A program made the position numbers and the translations under genes. Positions 49,166-59,230 of a stretch of 64,000 nt of DNA are shown here, one piece after another; the first letter of the stretch is position 1, and every line of letters begins with the position of its first letter. The DNA is from Dehalococcoidia bacterium (GTDB lineage: Bacteria > Chloroflexota > Dehalococcoidia > GIF9 > AB-539-J10), in NCBI GenBank assembly GCA_030612025.1, contig JAUWOR010000004.1, positions 76,358 to 140,357 on the forward strand. The letters run 5' to 3'. Under the pieces are notes generated by a model. That model saw only the letters and a program-made list of their open reading frames with translations. It was not told the origin of the DNA and did no database searches.

Positions 49166-50833
49166 TTAGTCAGCAAACACCGCTCCAGTGCTGGCTGAGG
49201 TCACCTTATCAGCATAGCGTTTAAGATAGCCAGTTTTAGTCTTGGGTTCAAAGGGAGGCAATAAGTTTAATCGCTGCTCTATCTCCTTTTGAGGTAATTC
49301 TACCTCTAATTTATGGTTAGGTATATCTATTTTAACAATATCGCCATCTTTCACAGCAGCTATAGGACCTCCCGCTGCTGCCTCAGGTGAGACATGGCCG
49401 ATAGCAGCGCCCCTTGTTGCTCCAGAGAAGCGACCATCGGTAATCAGAGCCACCTTATTATCCATATCCATGCCACTGACAAGAGAAGTCGGCGTTAGCA
49501 TTTCACGCATCCCAGGTCCCCCTTTTGGTCCCTCATAGCGAATGATAATTACCTCTCCAGATTTGAATTCCCCTTTCATTATTGCCGTAGTAGCTGCTTC
49601 TTCACTATCGAAGACCCGTGCTGGGCCTTGATGGATTAGCATCCCGGGAGCTACAGCAGCGCTTTTCACCACCGCACCTTCAGGCGCTAGATTGCCAAAT
49701 AATATACTAATACCACCAGTAATGCTATAGGGATTAGATAGGCTACGAATTACCTCTCTATTCTTAACTTTAGCTTCCTTTATCGTCTCGCCCACTGGTT
49801 TTCCTAACACTGTCTGTGCCTCAAGATTTAGCAATTGGCATATCTCCTGCATCACTGCTGGAATGCCACCAGCTAAGTCTAAATCTTCAATGTGATAATC
49901 GCTTGCCGGGCTTAATTTACATATATGGGGAATACGCTGGCTAATTTCACTTACCAAAGACAAAGGGAAGGCAATACCTGCCTCATGAGCTATGGCCATA
50001 AGGTGCAACGTAGAATTAGTGCTGCCACCCAAAGCCATATCTACAGCGAAGGCATTATAGATGGAATCTCTGGTAATGACGTCTTTAGGCCGAATATCCT
50101 TAGCCAACACATCCATAACTTGCTGGCCGGCTTTATAGGCTAATTGGATTCGCCGCGCTTGTACCGCTGGTATTGTCCCATTACCAGGTAAAGCCATACC
50201 CAAAACTTCAGTAAGGCAATTCATGGTATTAGCGGTAAACATGCCAGCACAGCTACCACAGCCAGGGCAAGCAACTCTCTCTAATTCCGCCAGCTCAGTT
50301 TCAGACATGTTTCCACTGATGGTCGCGCCCACCGCTTGGAAAACTGAGCTAAGGTCGGCTGACTTCGCTTGATTTCCCTGATAAAACTTTCCCGCCATCA
50401 TAGGGCCACCACTTACAAATACGCAAGGCAAGTTAAGTCTCACCGCAGCCATCAGCATTCCTGGTATTACCTTGTCACAATTGGGGATAAAAACTAAACC
50501 ATCAAAAGCATGAGCCTCAGCCAAAATCTCAACAGAGTCAGCAATAAGTTCTCGGCTGGGCAGACTATACTTCATTCCTGGGTGATTCATGGCAATACCA
50601 TCACAAACAACTATGGTATTAACTTCAAAAGGCACTCCGCCTCGACTGCGGGTTCCTTCTTTCACTGCCCGGGCAATAGACTGCAAATGAATATGCCCAG
50701 GGACAACTTCGCTGAAACTGTTAATTACCCCGATAAAAGGTTTATCCCAATCATCTGGGGAGCAACCTACAGCATAAAGTAATGACCTGTGAGGCGCTCG
50801 CTCGATACCTTTCTTTACCACATCGCTTCTCAT
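49166..50833 (-). CDS. ilvD: Dihydroxy-acid dehydratase
   Basis: [25 protein letters not shown]. Confidence 0.96.
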   Translation of the reverse strand: MRSDVVKKGIERAPHRSLLYAVGCSPDDWDKPFIGVINSFSEVVPGHIHLQSIARAVKEGTRSRGGVPFEVNTIVVCDGIAMNHPGMKYSLPSRELIADSVEILAEAHAFDGLVFIPNCDKVIPGMLMAAVRLNLPCVFVSGGPMMAGKFYQGNQAKSADLSSVFQAVGATISGNMSETELAELERVACPGCGSCAGMFTANTMNCLTEVLGMALPGNGTIPAVQARRIQLAYKAGQQVMDVLAKDIRPKDVITRDSIYNAFAVDMALGGSTNSTLHLMAIAHEAGIAFPLSLVSEISQRIPHICKLSPASDYHIEDLDLAGGIPAVMQEICQLLNLEAQTVLGKPVGETIKEAKVKNREVIRSLSNPYSITGGISILFGNLAPEGAVVKSAAVAPGMLIHQGPARVFDSEEAATTAIMKGEFKSGEVIIIRYEGPKGGPGMREMLTPTSLVSGMDMDNKVALITDGRFSGATRGAAIGHVSPEAAAGGPIAAVKDGDIVKIDIPNHKLEVELPQKEIEQRLNLLPPFEPKTKTGYLKRYADKVTSASTGAVFAD

Positions 50834-50885
50834 CAGCTTCTCCTTTAATTTAAAAAGTGGAAACTACCACAAATAACTAGCAGGG

Positions 50886-51326
50886 TCAATCTGTTTCCAG
50901 AGCTTTTATTTTATTTAATCTTGGGATATGCCTGCCACCTTCAAAATTGGTGGATAGGTAGGTTCTAACAATTTCCAAAGCTAAATCAACATCTATATTC
51001 TCACTCCCAAGGCACAGGATATTGGCATCATTGTGTTCACGAGCTCGTTGTGCCATAAAGGTATCATGGCATAAAGCTGCTCTTATGCCCTTTATTTTGT
51101 TAGCTGCCATGCTCATGCCTATGCCAGTGCTGCATATTAAAATGCCCTGGGCAAAGTCACCCGAAGTCACTGCTTCACCTACTTTGTGAGCAATATCGGG
51201 GTAGTCTACCGACTCAATGTTATAGCAGCCAAAATCACGATAGTTATGATTTAGTTTTGGCAGAAATTCCATAATCGCCTGTTTTATTCTGAAGCCGCGA
51301 TGGTCACAACCTAGAGCGACACGCAT
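50886..51326 (-). CDS. rpiB: Ribose-5-phosphate isomerase B
   Basis: GCDHRG, CSTGIG, HNDAN, FEGGRH; start at MRVALG. Confidence 0.93.
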   Translation of the reverse strand: MRVALGCDHRGFRIKQAIMEFLPKLNHNYRDFGCYNIESVDYPDIAHKVGEAVTSGDFAQGILICSTGIGMSMAANKIKGIRAALCHDTFMAQRAREHNDANILCLGSENIDVDLALEIVRTYLSTNFEGGRHIPRLNKIKALETD

Positions 51327-51948
51327 GACTCTTTGCCTCACAATATTCTTTATAGGCTTTATCAATTTCATGTGCGGATATAATACCTTGACGCAAAATC
51401 GTAGGCACTTCGCCTGTGACATCTACTATAGTTGATTCACTGCCACCAGGGCACTTGCCACCATCAATGATAAGGTCAACTTTATCTCCCAACTGTTGCC
51501 TAACCTCGCCAGCAATCAAAATGCTTGGCTTACCACTGATATTGGCGCTAGTCCCAATTATCGGGTTTCCCAAGCTTTGGATAAGAGTTAGAGGGATGGC
51601 ATGGTTAGGGACACGCACTGCTATGGTAGATTGGGTAGTGAGGTAAGTAGGCAATGAAGCTGCTTTAGGCAGAAGCAAAGTTAAGCCTCCAGGCCAAAAG
51701 TACCTTGCTAGGAACCAAGCAAGCCCAGGTATCTGCTCAGCTACAGTGCTTATTTGAGATATATCAGCAAGGAGCAAGGGAAAGGGCAAATGCCTGGGGC
51801 GTTTTTTTACTGCATAAATTCTCTCTACAGCCTTATGGTTGAAGGCATCAGCTCCTAACCCGTAAACTGTATCAGTAGGGAAAGCAATTATCCCACCTTT
51901 TTTAAGTATTTGAACTGCTTTCCTCACTTGTTCTGGCAAAGCATTCAT
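51304..51948 (-). CDS. tsaC: L-threonylcarbamoyladenylate synthase (Sua5/TsaC)
   Basis: FPTDTVYGL, WPGGLT, TSANISG, STIVD. Confidence 0.92.
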   Translation of the reverse strand: MNALPEQVRKAVQILKKGGIIAFPTDTVYGLGADAFNHKAVERIYAVKKRPRHLPFPLLLADISQISTVAEQIPGLAWFLARYFWPGGLTLLLPKAASLPTYLTTQSTIAVRVPNHAIPLTLIQSLGNPIIGTSANISGKPSILIAGEVRQQLGDKVDLIIDGGKCPGGSESTIVDVTGEVPTILRQGIISAHEIDKAYKEYCEAKSHACRSRL

Positions 51949-51977
51949 GAGAGCATTTACCAATCTTGCTTGTGGGC

Positions 51978-52093
51978 TCTGAGTCCTTCACTCCCTGTCA
52001 TTCTGAGGGAGGGAAATGACCGAAGAATCTCATACCACTCAGGACAGGCTCGGCAAAAAATCTAGAGCCCCTTCACTTCATTCAGGGTGACAA
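51978..52093. repeat. Family B element (intergenic, degenerate doublet)
   Basis: ctgtcattctgagggagggaaatgaccgaagaatctc...cccttcacttcattcagggtgaca. Confidence 0.8.
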
Positions 52094-52170
52094 CAAATAC
52101 CCGCATTCATCGCCTTGACGCTAGTATAGCATGATGGTAAGCTACAGTGCATTAAAAGCGCCGCTCCGAA

Positions 52171-53841
52171 ATGGAAAACGAGCTACAAAGCCACCGAGTC
52201 TCTGCTAGCGATGACATTGAAGTCTCTACTTACCTAGAGATCGCTAAAGAACTGCGTGGCGAGCAACCAACATTTGAGCCTAAGCCACTGCCGCCAGGTG
52301 AAAAAGAAACCATAGTGGTGATTGATTTTGGCTCTCAGTATAATATGCTCATTGTCAGGCGAGTGCGTGAATGCCACGTTTACTGCGAGCTTGTGCCCTA
52401 TGATACCCCCTGGGAGAAGATAACTACTCTTAACCCAAAAGGTTTTATCCTTTCCGGAGGCCCAGCTAGCGTCTATGCTCCTGGAGCTCCTTTGGCTCCA
52501 ACATATATCTATGAGAAACACCTGCCGGTAATAGGCATTTGCTATGGCATGCAGCTTATTGCCTATCAACTAGGTGGTCAAGTATCTCCAGGTGAAAAGC
52601 ATGAATATGGTCATGCTATCCTACACATAAGTACTGAAGACTGCCCTCTTTTCGCTGGCCTCCCTACATCTCTTCCTGTGTGGATGAGCCATGGTGACCA
52701 AATAATGGAGATGCCTCCCGGCTTCAAGGCTTTAGCTTACACCGAAAATTCGCCCATCGCCGTTATGGGCAGTGATAAAGGTATTTTTGGACTTCAGTTT
52801 CATCCTGAAGTAGCTCATACGCCACAAGGGAAAAGCATATTCCAGAACTTTGTCTATCGAATATGCGGCTGCCAAGGCAATTGGACACCTACTAGATTCA
52901 TAGCCGAGAGCATAGATAAGATTAAGAAACAAGTAGGTGCTGGCAGAGTCATCTGTGCCCTTTCCGGTGGCGTTGATTCAGCAGTTACTGCAACTCTTGT
53001 TCACCGCGCTATTGGTGATAATCTGACTTGTTTATTTATCAATAATGGGCTGCTACGTCGTGAGGAGCCAGAGAGAGTGCTTAATACCTTCCAGCGCAAT
53101 CTCAAAATGGATATAGTTCATGTAGATGCTAGCGAAAGATTTTTGAAGCGACTTCGCGGGGTAATTGACCCCGAGATGAAGCGACACCTGATAGGGGAGG
53201 AATTCATCCGAGTTTTTGAGGAGGAAGCAGCTAAACTGGGCCGGTTTGATTTTTTGGCTCAAGGAACTCTCTACCCCGACGTGATCGAAAGCAGCACTGC
53301 TATTGAAACCAAAGCCTCAACCAAAATAAAAAGCCATCACAACGTTGGTGGCTTGCCGGCTAAAATGAAGTTTAACCTTATTGAGCCATTGAGATATCTG
53401 TTTAAGGATGAGGTTCGAGAGGTAGGGCTAGCCTTGAGCCTACCTGAAGACATGGTTTGGCGGCAACCATTCCCGGGACCGGGATTAGCTATCCGCATCA
53501 TTGGCGAAGTGACCAAAGAACGGTTGGAGATACTTCGTGCTGCTGATTGGATTGTGATGAACGAGATCAAAAAGGCTAAGCTTTATCGTCAGCTATGGCA
53601 GAGTTTTGCTGTGCTTACTGGTGTTAAAAGCGTTGGCGTGATGGGCGATCATAGAACCTACGGCTACCTAATAGCAGTTAGGGCAATAAATAGCGAGGAT
53701 GCCATGACTGCTGATTGGGCGAGGTTGCCTTATGACCTCCTGGCTAGAATATCAGACCGCATAGTTAATGAAGTGCCCAATGTCAATAGAGTAGTTTACG
53801 ATGTCACCAGCAAGCCACCGGCAACTATAGAATGGGAGTAA
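52171..53841 (+). CDS. guaA: GMP synthase (glutamine-hydrolysing)
   Basis: [35 protein letters not shown]. Confidence 0.97.
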   Translation: MENELQSHRVSASDDIEVSTYLEIAKELRGEQPTFEPKPLPPGEKETIVVIDFGSQYNMLIVRRVRECHVYCELVPYDTPWEKITTLNPKGFILSGGPASVYAPGAPLAPTYIYEKHLPVIGICYGMQLIAYQLGGQVSPGEKHEYGHAILHISTEDCPLFAGLPTSLPVWMSHGDQIMEMPPGFKALAYTENSPIAVMGSDKGIFGLQFHPEVAHTPQGKSIFQNFVYRICGCQGNWTPTRFIAESIDKIKKQVGAGRVICALSGGVDSAVTATLVHRAIGDNLTCLFINNGLLRREEPERVLNTFQRNLKMDIVHVDASERFLKRLRGVIDPEMKRHLIGEEFIRVFEEEAAKLGRFDFLAQGTLYPDVIESSTAIETKASTKIKSHHNVGGLPAKMKFNLIEPLRYLFKDEVREVGLALSLPEDMVWRQPFPGPGLAIRIIGEVTKERLEILRAADWIVMNEIKKAKLYRQLWQSFAVLTGVKSVGVMGDHRTYGYLIAVRAINSEDAMTADWARLPYDLLARISDRIVNEVPNVNRVVYDVTSKPPATIEWE

Positions 53842-53939
53842 CTGTTCACTTTAGTGTCATTCTGAGGGAGCATGGCGACCGAAGAATCTTAGAGACCCTT
53901 CGCTTCGCTCAGGGTGACACAGGGTGGCTGAACGCTTAC
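53838..53939. mobile_element. Complete family B doublet with terminal inverted repeats, overlapping the guaA stop
   Basis: gtaactgttca...tgtcattctgagggagcatggcgaccgaagaatct...gacccttcgcttcgctcagggtgaca...tgaacgcttac. Confidence 0.8.
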
Positions 53940-53978
53940 GAGTGGGAATAAAATAAGATTAAAAAGGAGGAGAAAAAG

Positions 53979-54239
53979 ATGAATTGCCCCTTTGAAGAGA
54001 GAGAAGAAGAGCAACTGACTTTAGAAGAGGATTTGGAGATGCTTCGCGAGGATTTGATAGGCGAACTGCAAGCTATAAACCAATATCAGGAGCACATAGA
54101 GAGCTTGGAAAGCGAAGAGGCTGTGACTACATTGGAACACATCATTGAAGATGAGAAAGAACATGTTGCCGAGTTGGTTAAACTAATTCAAAATCTTGAC
54201 TCTGTTCAAGCTGAGAAATTTAAGAAAGAGATTTTGTAG
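53979..54239 (+). CDS. Small ferritin-like (two-helix di-iron) protein
   Basis: ELQAINQY and DEKEH (ExxH) motifs; AGGAGG RBS. Confidence 0.8.
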   Translation: MNCPFEEREEEQLTLEEDLEMLREDLIGELQAINQYQEHIESLESEEAVTTLEHIIEDEKEHVAELVKLIQNLDSVQAEKFKKEIL

Positions 54240-54444
54240 AGTGCGATGGCCAATAGACCTAAACTAAAGGGAGTGAAAAAGAATAGAGGCAAGCACAAGA
54301 AGAGAAAGCGATAGCTATCCTTTGAAGCTGAGCTTGAAGTAAATCTGCTAACCAAAAAGCTAAAGCCGACAGAATATTTGTTGCTCTAACTAACAAATGA
54401 GTAAGAAGAACAGGTCACAGCATTCCTCCAAGCTCCCATCAAAC

Positions 54445-54459
54445 ATAGAATGGGAGTAA
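54445..54459 (+). repeat. Direct repeat of the guaA 3' end (att-like)
   Basis: atagaatgggagtaa, identical to 53827-53841. Confidence 0.75.
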
Positions 54460-54491
54460 GGGTAGCTTGAAGGAAAGAGAGGGACGTAGCA

Positions 54492-54935
54492 ATGAAGGTT
54501 ACAACTCAACAAAAGGGGAAGCTCGGCGAACTTTGGGTTTTTGGCAAGTTACTTGATAAAGGTGTTAATGTCTACCTACCACTAGTTGACGAGGAGGGCA
54601 TTGACGCAATAATACGCAAAAGGGATGGGTCGCTCTTAGAAATGCAGGTCAAGTCGACGCGAGCGAAAGACCAAGCGGGGTACTTCAATGTCAATGCAAA
54701 ATTATGCCCCCGACAAACTCTGTTTATTGTCTGCGTAGACCTGAGTCCACTCGACGAGAGCCCTGCCAAGTATCCTGAGGTCTGGATCTTCCCGTCCGAG
54801 AAATTTATACAATACTCCACACTGACGAGCAGTGAATATAGGTTAGCACTACCAGGGGGAAGCATAAAATATAGGAAGCCACTTAAGGAACTCCTAGCAG
54901 AGTTTCTTGAAGCATGGCATCTTTTGACAGAGTGA
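54492..54935 (+). CDS. PD-(D/E)XK nuclease-family protein
   Basis: GKLGE...GIDAI...EMQVKS. Confidence 0.75.
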   Translation: MKVTTQQKGKLGELWVFGKLLDKGVNVYLPLVDEEGIDAIIRKRDGSLLEMQVKSTRAKDQAGYFNVNAKLCPRQTLFIVCVDLSPLDESPAKYPEVWIFPSEKFIQYSTLTSSEYRLALPGGSIKYRKPLKELLAEFLEAWHLLTE

Positions 54936-55021
54936 TAGGATAACCCACATGTTAAATTAGGATTTTCTACATTTCGGAGATACAGGGGGCTGACAAACAC
55001 CATAATACTGGAGGATAAACT

Positions 55022-56290
55022 TTGAGGATATTAGTTATTGGTGGTGGGGGCAGGGAACACACTTTAGCATGGAAAATAGCCCAAAGCCCTAAGGTTAACA
55101 AAGTTTTTGTCGCTCCAGGGAACGCGGGCACAGCTCTTATAGGCGAAAATTTAGATATCCACCCCACAGATACAGAAACCCTGGGCAAGGTAACTAAAGA
55201 TAAAAACATTGACCTTGTTGTCGTTGGTCCTGAAGTCCCATTAGCTTTAGGTATAGTGGATTATTTTGATAACTTAAATATCCCCGTTTTTGGCCCCACC
55301 AAAGCAGCAGCTCAAATAGAATCAAGCAAAGTTTTTGCTAGAAACTTGATGGAGAAATATGGCATTCCTTGTCCCAAAGGAAAAGTTTTCTCCTCCTATT
55401 CTGAGGCTCATGAATATCTTAAGCGACAACAATCGCCCATTGTCATCAAGGCAGATGGATTAGCCGCTGGTAAAGGCACAATTATAGCCAGCTCCTTGCC
55501 AGAAGCTAACAAGGCTCTTAGCGACATTATGGAGGCAAAAATCTTTGGCTCCGCTGGGGATAAAGTGATAATTGATGAATATGTTACCGGCAAGGAGGTA
55601 AGCCTGATAGCTTTCACCGATGGCAAAACAATCTCGCCTATGATTCCAGCCTGTGACTACAAGAAAATCTGGGACAATGATCAAGGCCCCAATACTGGGG
55701 GTATGGGAAGCTATAGTCCGCCGGGATTTTTTCCCGCTGAACTAGTAGAGAAAGCTAGCAATACTATTTTATTGCCAGCAGTAAAAGCGATGGCTAGCGA
55801 AGGAGCAACCTACAAAGGGGTAATCTACGCCGGGTTAATGGTCACCAACAAGGAGGAATTATCTGTGTTAGAATTTAATGCTCGCTTTGGTGACCCAGAA
55901 ACTCAAGCCGTTTTGCCTCTTCTCCAAAGTGACCTGGTGGATATACTCTTGGCTGTGATCCAAGGTAATCTCGACCAGGTAGAAATAGAATGGAGCCGTG
56001 ATGCCTGTGTGGGAGTGGTTATGGCTTCCGCGGGCTATCCTGGAAAGTATAAAACTGGCTTCCCGATAAAAGGTTTGGACAAGGTGGATAAAGATTTGTT
56101 GATTTTTCATGCTGGAACTAAATTGGGCGATGATGGGACAGTATATACCAACGGTGGGCGGGTGCTTACTGCAGTAGGCACTGGTGAAAACATGGCTGAA
56201 GCTCGGAAGAAAGTTTATCGCAACTTAGCTAATATTTATTTTGAGGGCTGTCATTATCGCAAAGATATTGCTCTCAGGGAGATAATTTAA
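55022..56290 (+). CDS. purD: Phosphoribosylamine--glycine ligase
   Basis: GGGGREH, KADGLAAGKG, GPNTGGMG, EFNARFGDPE. Confidence 0.97.
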   Translation: MRILVIGGGGREHTLAWKIAQSPKVNKVFVAPGNAGTALIGENLDIHPTDTETLGKVTKDKNIDLVVVGPEVPLALGIVDYFDNLNIPVFGPTKAAAQIESSKVFARNLMEKYGIPCPKGKVFSSYSEAHEYLKRQQSPIVIKADGLAAGKGTIIASSLPEANKALSDIMEAKIFGSAGDKVIIDEYVTGKEVSLIAFTDGKTISPMIPACDYKKIWDNDQGPNTGGMGSYSPPGFFPAELVEKASNTILLPAVKAMASEGATYKGVIYAGLMVTNKEELSVLEFNARFGDPETQAVLPLLQSDLVDILLAVIQGNLDQVEIEWSRDACVGVVMASAGYPGKYKTGFPIKGLDKVDKDLLIFHAGTKLGDDGTVYTNGGRVLTAVGTGENMAEARKKVYRNLANIYFEGCHYRKDIALREII

Positions 56291-56749
56291 ATGGCAAAAG
56301 TAGGCATTGTCATGGGCAGCAAGACGGATAGGGACATAGTCAAGCCAGCAATAGACATGCTAGAGCGGTTAGGCATTGACTATGAGCTTTCTGTTATCTC
56401 AGCTCATAGAAACCCAGAGAAACTAAGGGAATACGGTCTGAAAGCAGAGGAGCGAGGTTTTGAGGTTATCATTGCTGCTGCTGGCGGGGCTGCTCACCTC
56501 CCCGGCATTCTAGCCAGTTGGACAACGCTGCCTGTAATCGGTGTTCCCTTGCCTACTAGCGAGTTGAAAGGCATAGATGCTTTGCTCTCTATGGTTCAGA
56601 TGCCTGCTGGAGTCCCGGTAGCTTGTGTTGGCATTGGCACAAGCGGGGCAAAAAACGCTGCCTTGCTCGCCGCTCAGATTCTGGGAATAAAGCACGAAGA
56701 GGTAAAGAAGGCCTATCGTAAGTATAAAGTGGAGCTAGCGGAGAAATAG
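56291..56749 (+). CDS. purE: N5-CAIR mutase
   Basis: MGSKTD, SAHRNP, AAHLPG, VQMPAG. Confidence 0.96.
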   Translation: MAKVGIVMGSKTDRDIVKPAIDMLERLGIDYELSVISAHRNPEKLREYGLKAEERGFEVIIAAAGGAAHLPGILASWTTLPVIGVPLPTSELKGIDALLSMVQMPAGVPVACVGIGTSGAKNAALLAAQILGIKHEEVKKAYRKYKVELAEK

Positions 56750-56750
56750 T

Positions 56751-58082
56751 ATGATTGAACGTTATTCCAGACCCAAAATGAAGAAAATATGGTCAGAGGA
56801 AAGTAAGTTCGACCAATGGCTTAAAGTAGAAATAGCTGTTTGTGAAGCTTGGGCAGAACTGGGCAAGATCCCCAAAGAAGCCATACCTAAGATAAAGAAA
56901 GCTAACTATAACCTGGATCGTATCGCTGAATCACTCAAAGTGACTCATCATGATATGACCGCCTTTCTTAATTCAGTGGCTGAAAGCCTTGGTGAAGAGT
57001 CGCGCTTCATCCATCTTGGGCTTACCTCCTCAGACATCATGGATACTGCTCTAAGTCTCCAGTTAAAAGAAGCAACTGATATCTTGGGACAAGCCATCAC
57101 CGAGCTTATCGCTGTATTAGAAAACAAAGCTATGGAGCACAAATATACCATTATGATGGGGCGAACCCATGGCGTGCATGCTGAGCCAATCACCTTTGGT
57201 TTAAAGTTAGCCTTATGGACTGAGGAGATGAAGCGTAATGCTCGAAGGTTAACTGAAGCTAAAAAAGCTATCTCTGTAGGAAAGATATCCGGAGCAGTAG
57301 GCACCTACGCTACTGTATCTCCCCAAGTCGAAGAAAGAGTTTGTGCCAAATTAGGTCTTGCTCCAGCCCCCATATCAAGCCAGATAATCCAGCGTGACCG
57401 CCATGCCCAATTTATAACTACTCTGGCCATAATTGCTGGCTCCTTGGAAAAATTTGCCACCGAGGTCAGGAGTCTTCAGAGAACTGAAATCCTCGAGGTT
57501 GAGGAACCCTTCCAAGCCGGACAGACAGGCTCCTCGGCGATGCCTCATAAAAGAAATCCCGAGCTTTGCGAGCGCATCTGCGGACTTGCTAGATTGATAA
57601 GGGGGCATGCTTTGACTTCTCTGGAAAACATTGCCTTATGGCATGAGCGAGATATCAGCCACTCCTCCACAGAACGTATTATCCTGCCTGACTCTTGCTT
57701 AGTAATGGACTATATATTGTCTCTGTTTACCTCAATAATGAAAGGGCTTGAGGTTTATCCCAAGAACATGCGGCGTAACCTTGAGCTTACTCAGGGTTTA
57801 ATCTTCTCTCAAAGAGTGCTTTTGGCATTAATAGATAAAGGGGTAAGTCGAGAAAAGGCCTATAAACTAGTGCAAGGCAATGCTATGAAAGCCTGGCAAG
57901 AAAAGAGGAGCTTCTTATCCCTGCTTGAGGCAGATACAGAAATAACAGCTTACTTATCTAAATTTGAGCTAGAATCCTTGTTCGACTATAATTATTACCT
58001 AAAGTATGTAGATAACGTCTTTGAACGATTGGGGCTAACCGAGCTAAAAGAGGTCTCGGACAAACCGAAGTGGAAAGGTTAG
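56751..58082 (+). CDS. purB: Adenylosuccinate lyase
   Basis: GRTHG, SSAMPHKRNP, HERDISHS. Confidence 0.97.
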   Translation: MIERYSRPKMKKIWSEESKFDQWLKVEIAVCEAWAELGKIPKEAIPKIKKANYNLDRIAESLKVTHHDMTAFLNSVAESLGEESRFIHLGLTSSDIMDTALSLQLKEATDILGQAITELIAVLENKAMEHKYTIMMGRTHGVHAEPITFGLKLALWTEEMKRNARRLTEAKKAISVGKISGAVGTYATVSPQVEERVCAKLGLAPAPISSQIIQRDRHAQFITTLAIIAGSLEKFATEVRSLQRTEILEVEEPFQAGQTGSSAMPHKRNPELCERICGLARLIRGHALTSLENIALWHERDISHSSTERIILPDSCLVMDYILSLFTSIMKGLEVYPKNMRRNLELTQGLIFSQRVLLALIDKGVSREKAYKLVQGNAMKAWQEKRSFLSLLEADTEITAYLSKFELESLFDYNYYLKYVDNVFERLGLTELKEVSDKPKWKG

Positions 58083-58104
58083 CCCCAGAGGCGCTTTAGC
58101 ATAG

Positions 58105-59097
58105 TTGGAAATGTCTGTTTTATTACAAACTGATTTACCTCTTCCTTTATTCCGCCGCGGCAAGGTAAGAGATGTCTATGACTTAGATGACAAACTTCTT
58201 ATAGTGGCTACCGACCGCATCTCGGCTTTTGATTTTGTCCTGCCATGTGGTATCCCTGACAAGGGAAAGGTTCTTAATCAACTTTCTGCCTTCTGGTTTG
58301 AGAAAACTGCTCATATTGTGCCTAATCATCTCATCAAGGTAATTGATAGTTTGAATGCGTTTCAGGATGTCATTGCGAGCACCCCTACTGTCATTGCGAG
58401 GGCTGAAAGCCCGAAGCAATCTCAAAAGAAGAAAGATTCCTCGCTTACGCTCGGAACAAGCCTTATTGGGCGCTCCATGATTGTGGCTAAAGCTGAGCGT
58501 ATTCCTGTAGAATGCGTTGTTCGAGGTTACCTATCTGGCTCGGCTTGGGCAGAGTATAAGAAAAGTGGTACTGCTGGCGATATTCGCTTACCACCTAGGA
58601 TGAAGGAAAGTCAGGAATTGTCTCAACCTATCTTTACTCCTACTACCAAAAGTGAGACTGAGCATGACCGCCCTTTAACTGATCAAGATATAAAGAACCT
58701 TGAAAAAATATTTGCTATGAGACTGGGGCGAAGCAATCTCAACTTGATTAAGGAACTGGAGGAGAAAAGCTTGCTTATTTACCGCTACGCACGAGACTAT
58801 GCTAAAAACAAGGGCATCATAATTGCCGACACCAAGTTTGAGTTCGGCTTTATCAATGGTGAACTAACGCTTATTGATGAGCTATTAACGCCGGACTCAA
58901 GTCGCTTTTGGGATGCTAGTCAGTATGAAATTGGGCATTCGCAGCCTAGCTTTGACAAACAACCAGTTCGTGATTGGCTTTCAACCTCAGGATGGAACAA
59001 GGAGCCACCAGCACCTATGTTGCCATTGGAGGTAATTGAGGCTACCACACAACGGTATAACAGAATCTATCAGTTGTTTACTGGAAAATGTGTCTAG
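58105..59097 (+). CDS. purC: SAICAR synthetase (with repeat-derived insert)
   Basis: GKVRDVY, TDRISAFD, ADTKFEFG, TPDSSR. Confidence 0.96.
   Translation: MEMSVLLQTDLPLPLFRRGKVRDVYDLDDKLLIVATDRISAFDFVLPCGIPDKGKVLNQLSAFWFEKTAHIVPNHLIKVIDSLNAFQDVIASTPTVIARAESPKQSQKKKDSSLTLGTSLIGRSMIVAKAERIPVECVVRGYLSGSAWAEYKKSGTAGDIRLPPRMKESQELSQPIFTPTTKSETEHDRPLTDQDIKNLEKIFAMRLGRSNLNLIKELEEKSLLIYRYARDYAKNKGIIIADTKFEFGFINGELTLIDELLTPDSSRFWDASQYEIGHSQPSFDKQPVRDWLSTSGWNKEPPAPMLPLEVIEATTQRYNRIYQLFTGKCV
58368..58458. repeat. Family B element in frame in purC
   Basis: tgtcattgcgagcacccctactgtcattgcgagggctgaaagcccgaagcaatctc...gattcctcgcttacgctcggaac, read as VIASTPTVIARAESPKQSQKKKDSSLTLG. Confidence 0.88.
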
Positions 59098-59230
59098 CTA
59101 AAATTCGCATTACTCTAAAGCCTACTGCTATTGAAAATTACAGCTTTGAGTTAAAGGAAATTTAGCCTCGACATTGTGCAAAATCTCTCAATAGAGGAAG
59201 CAATGCCTCTCAGCTATAAAGAGTACAAAG

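Noticed and set aside
8232-58458. Repeats as a CRISPR array
   Set aside because: Copies are dispersed and degenerate, with no regular repeat-spacer periodicity and no cas genes.
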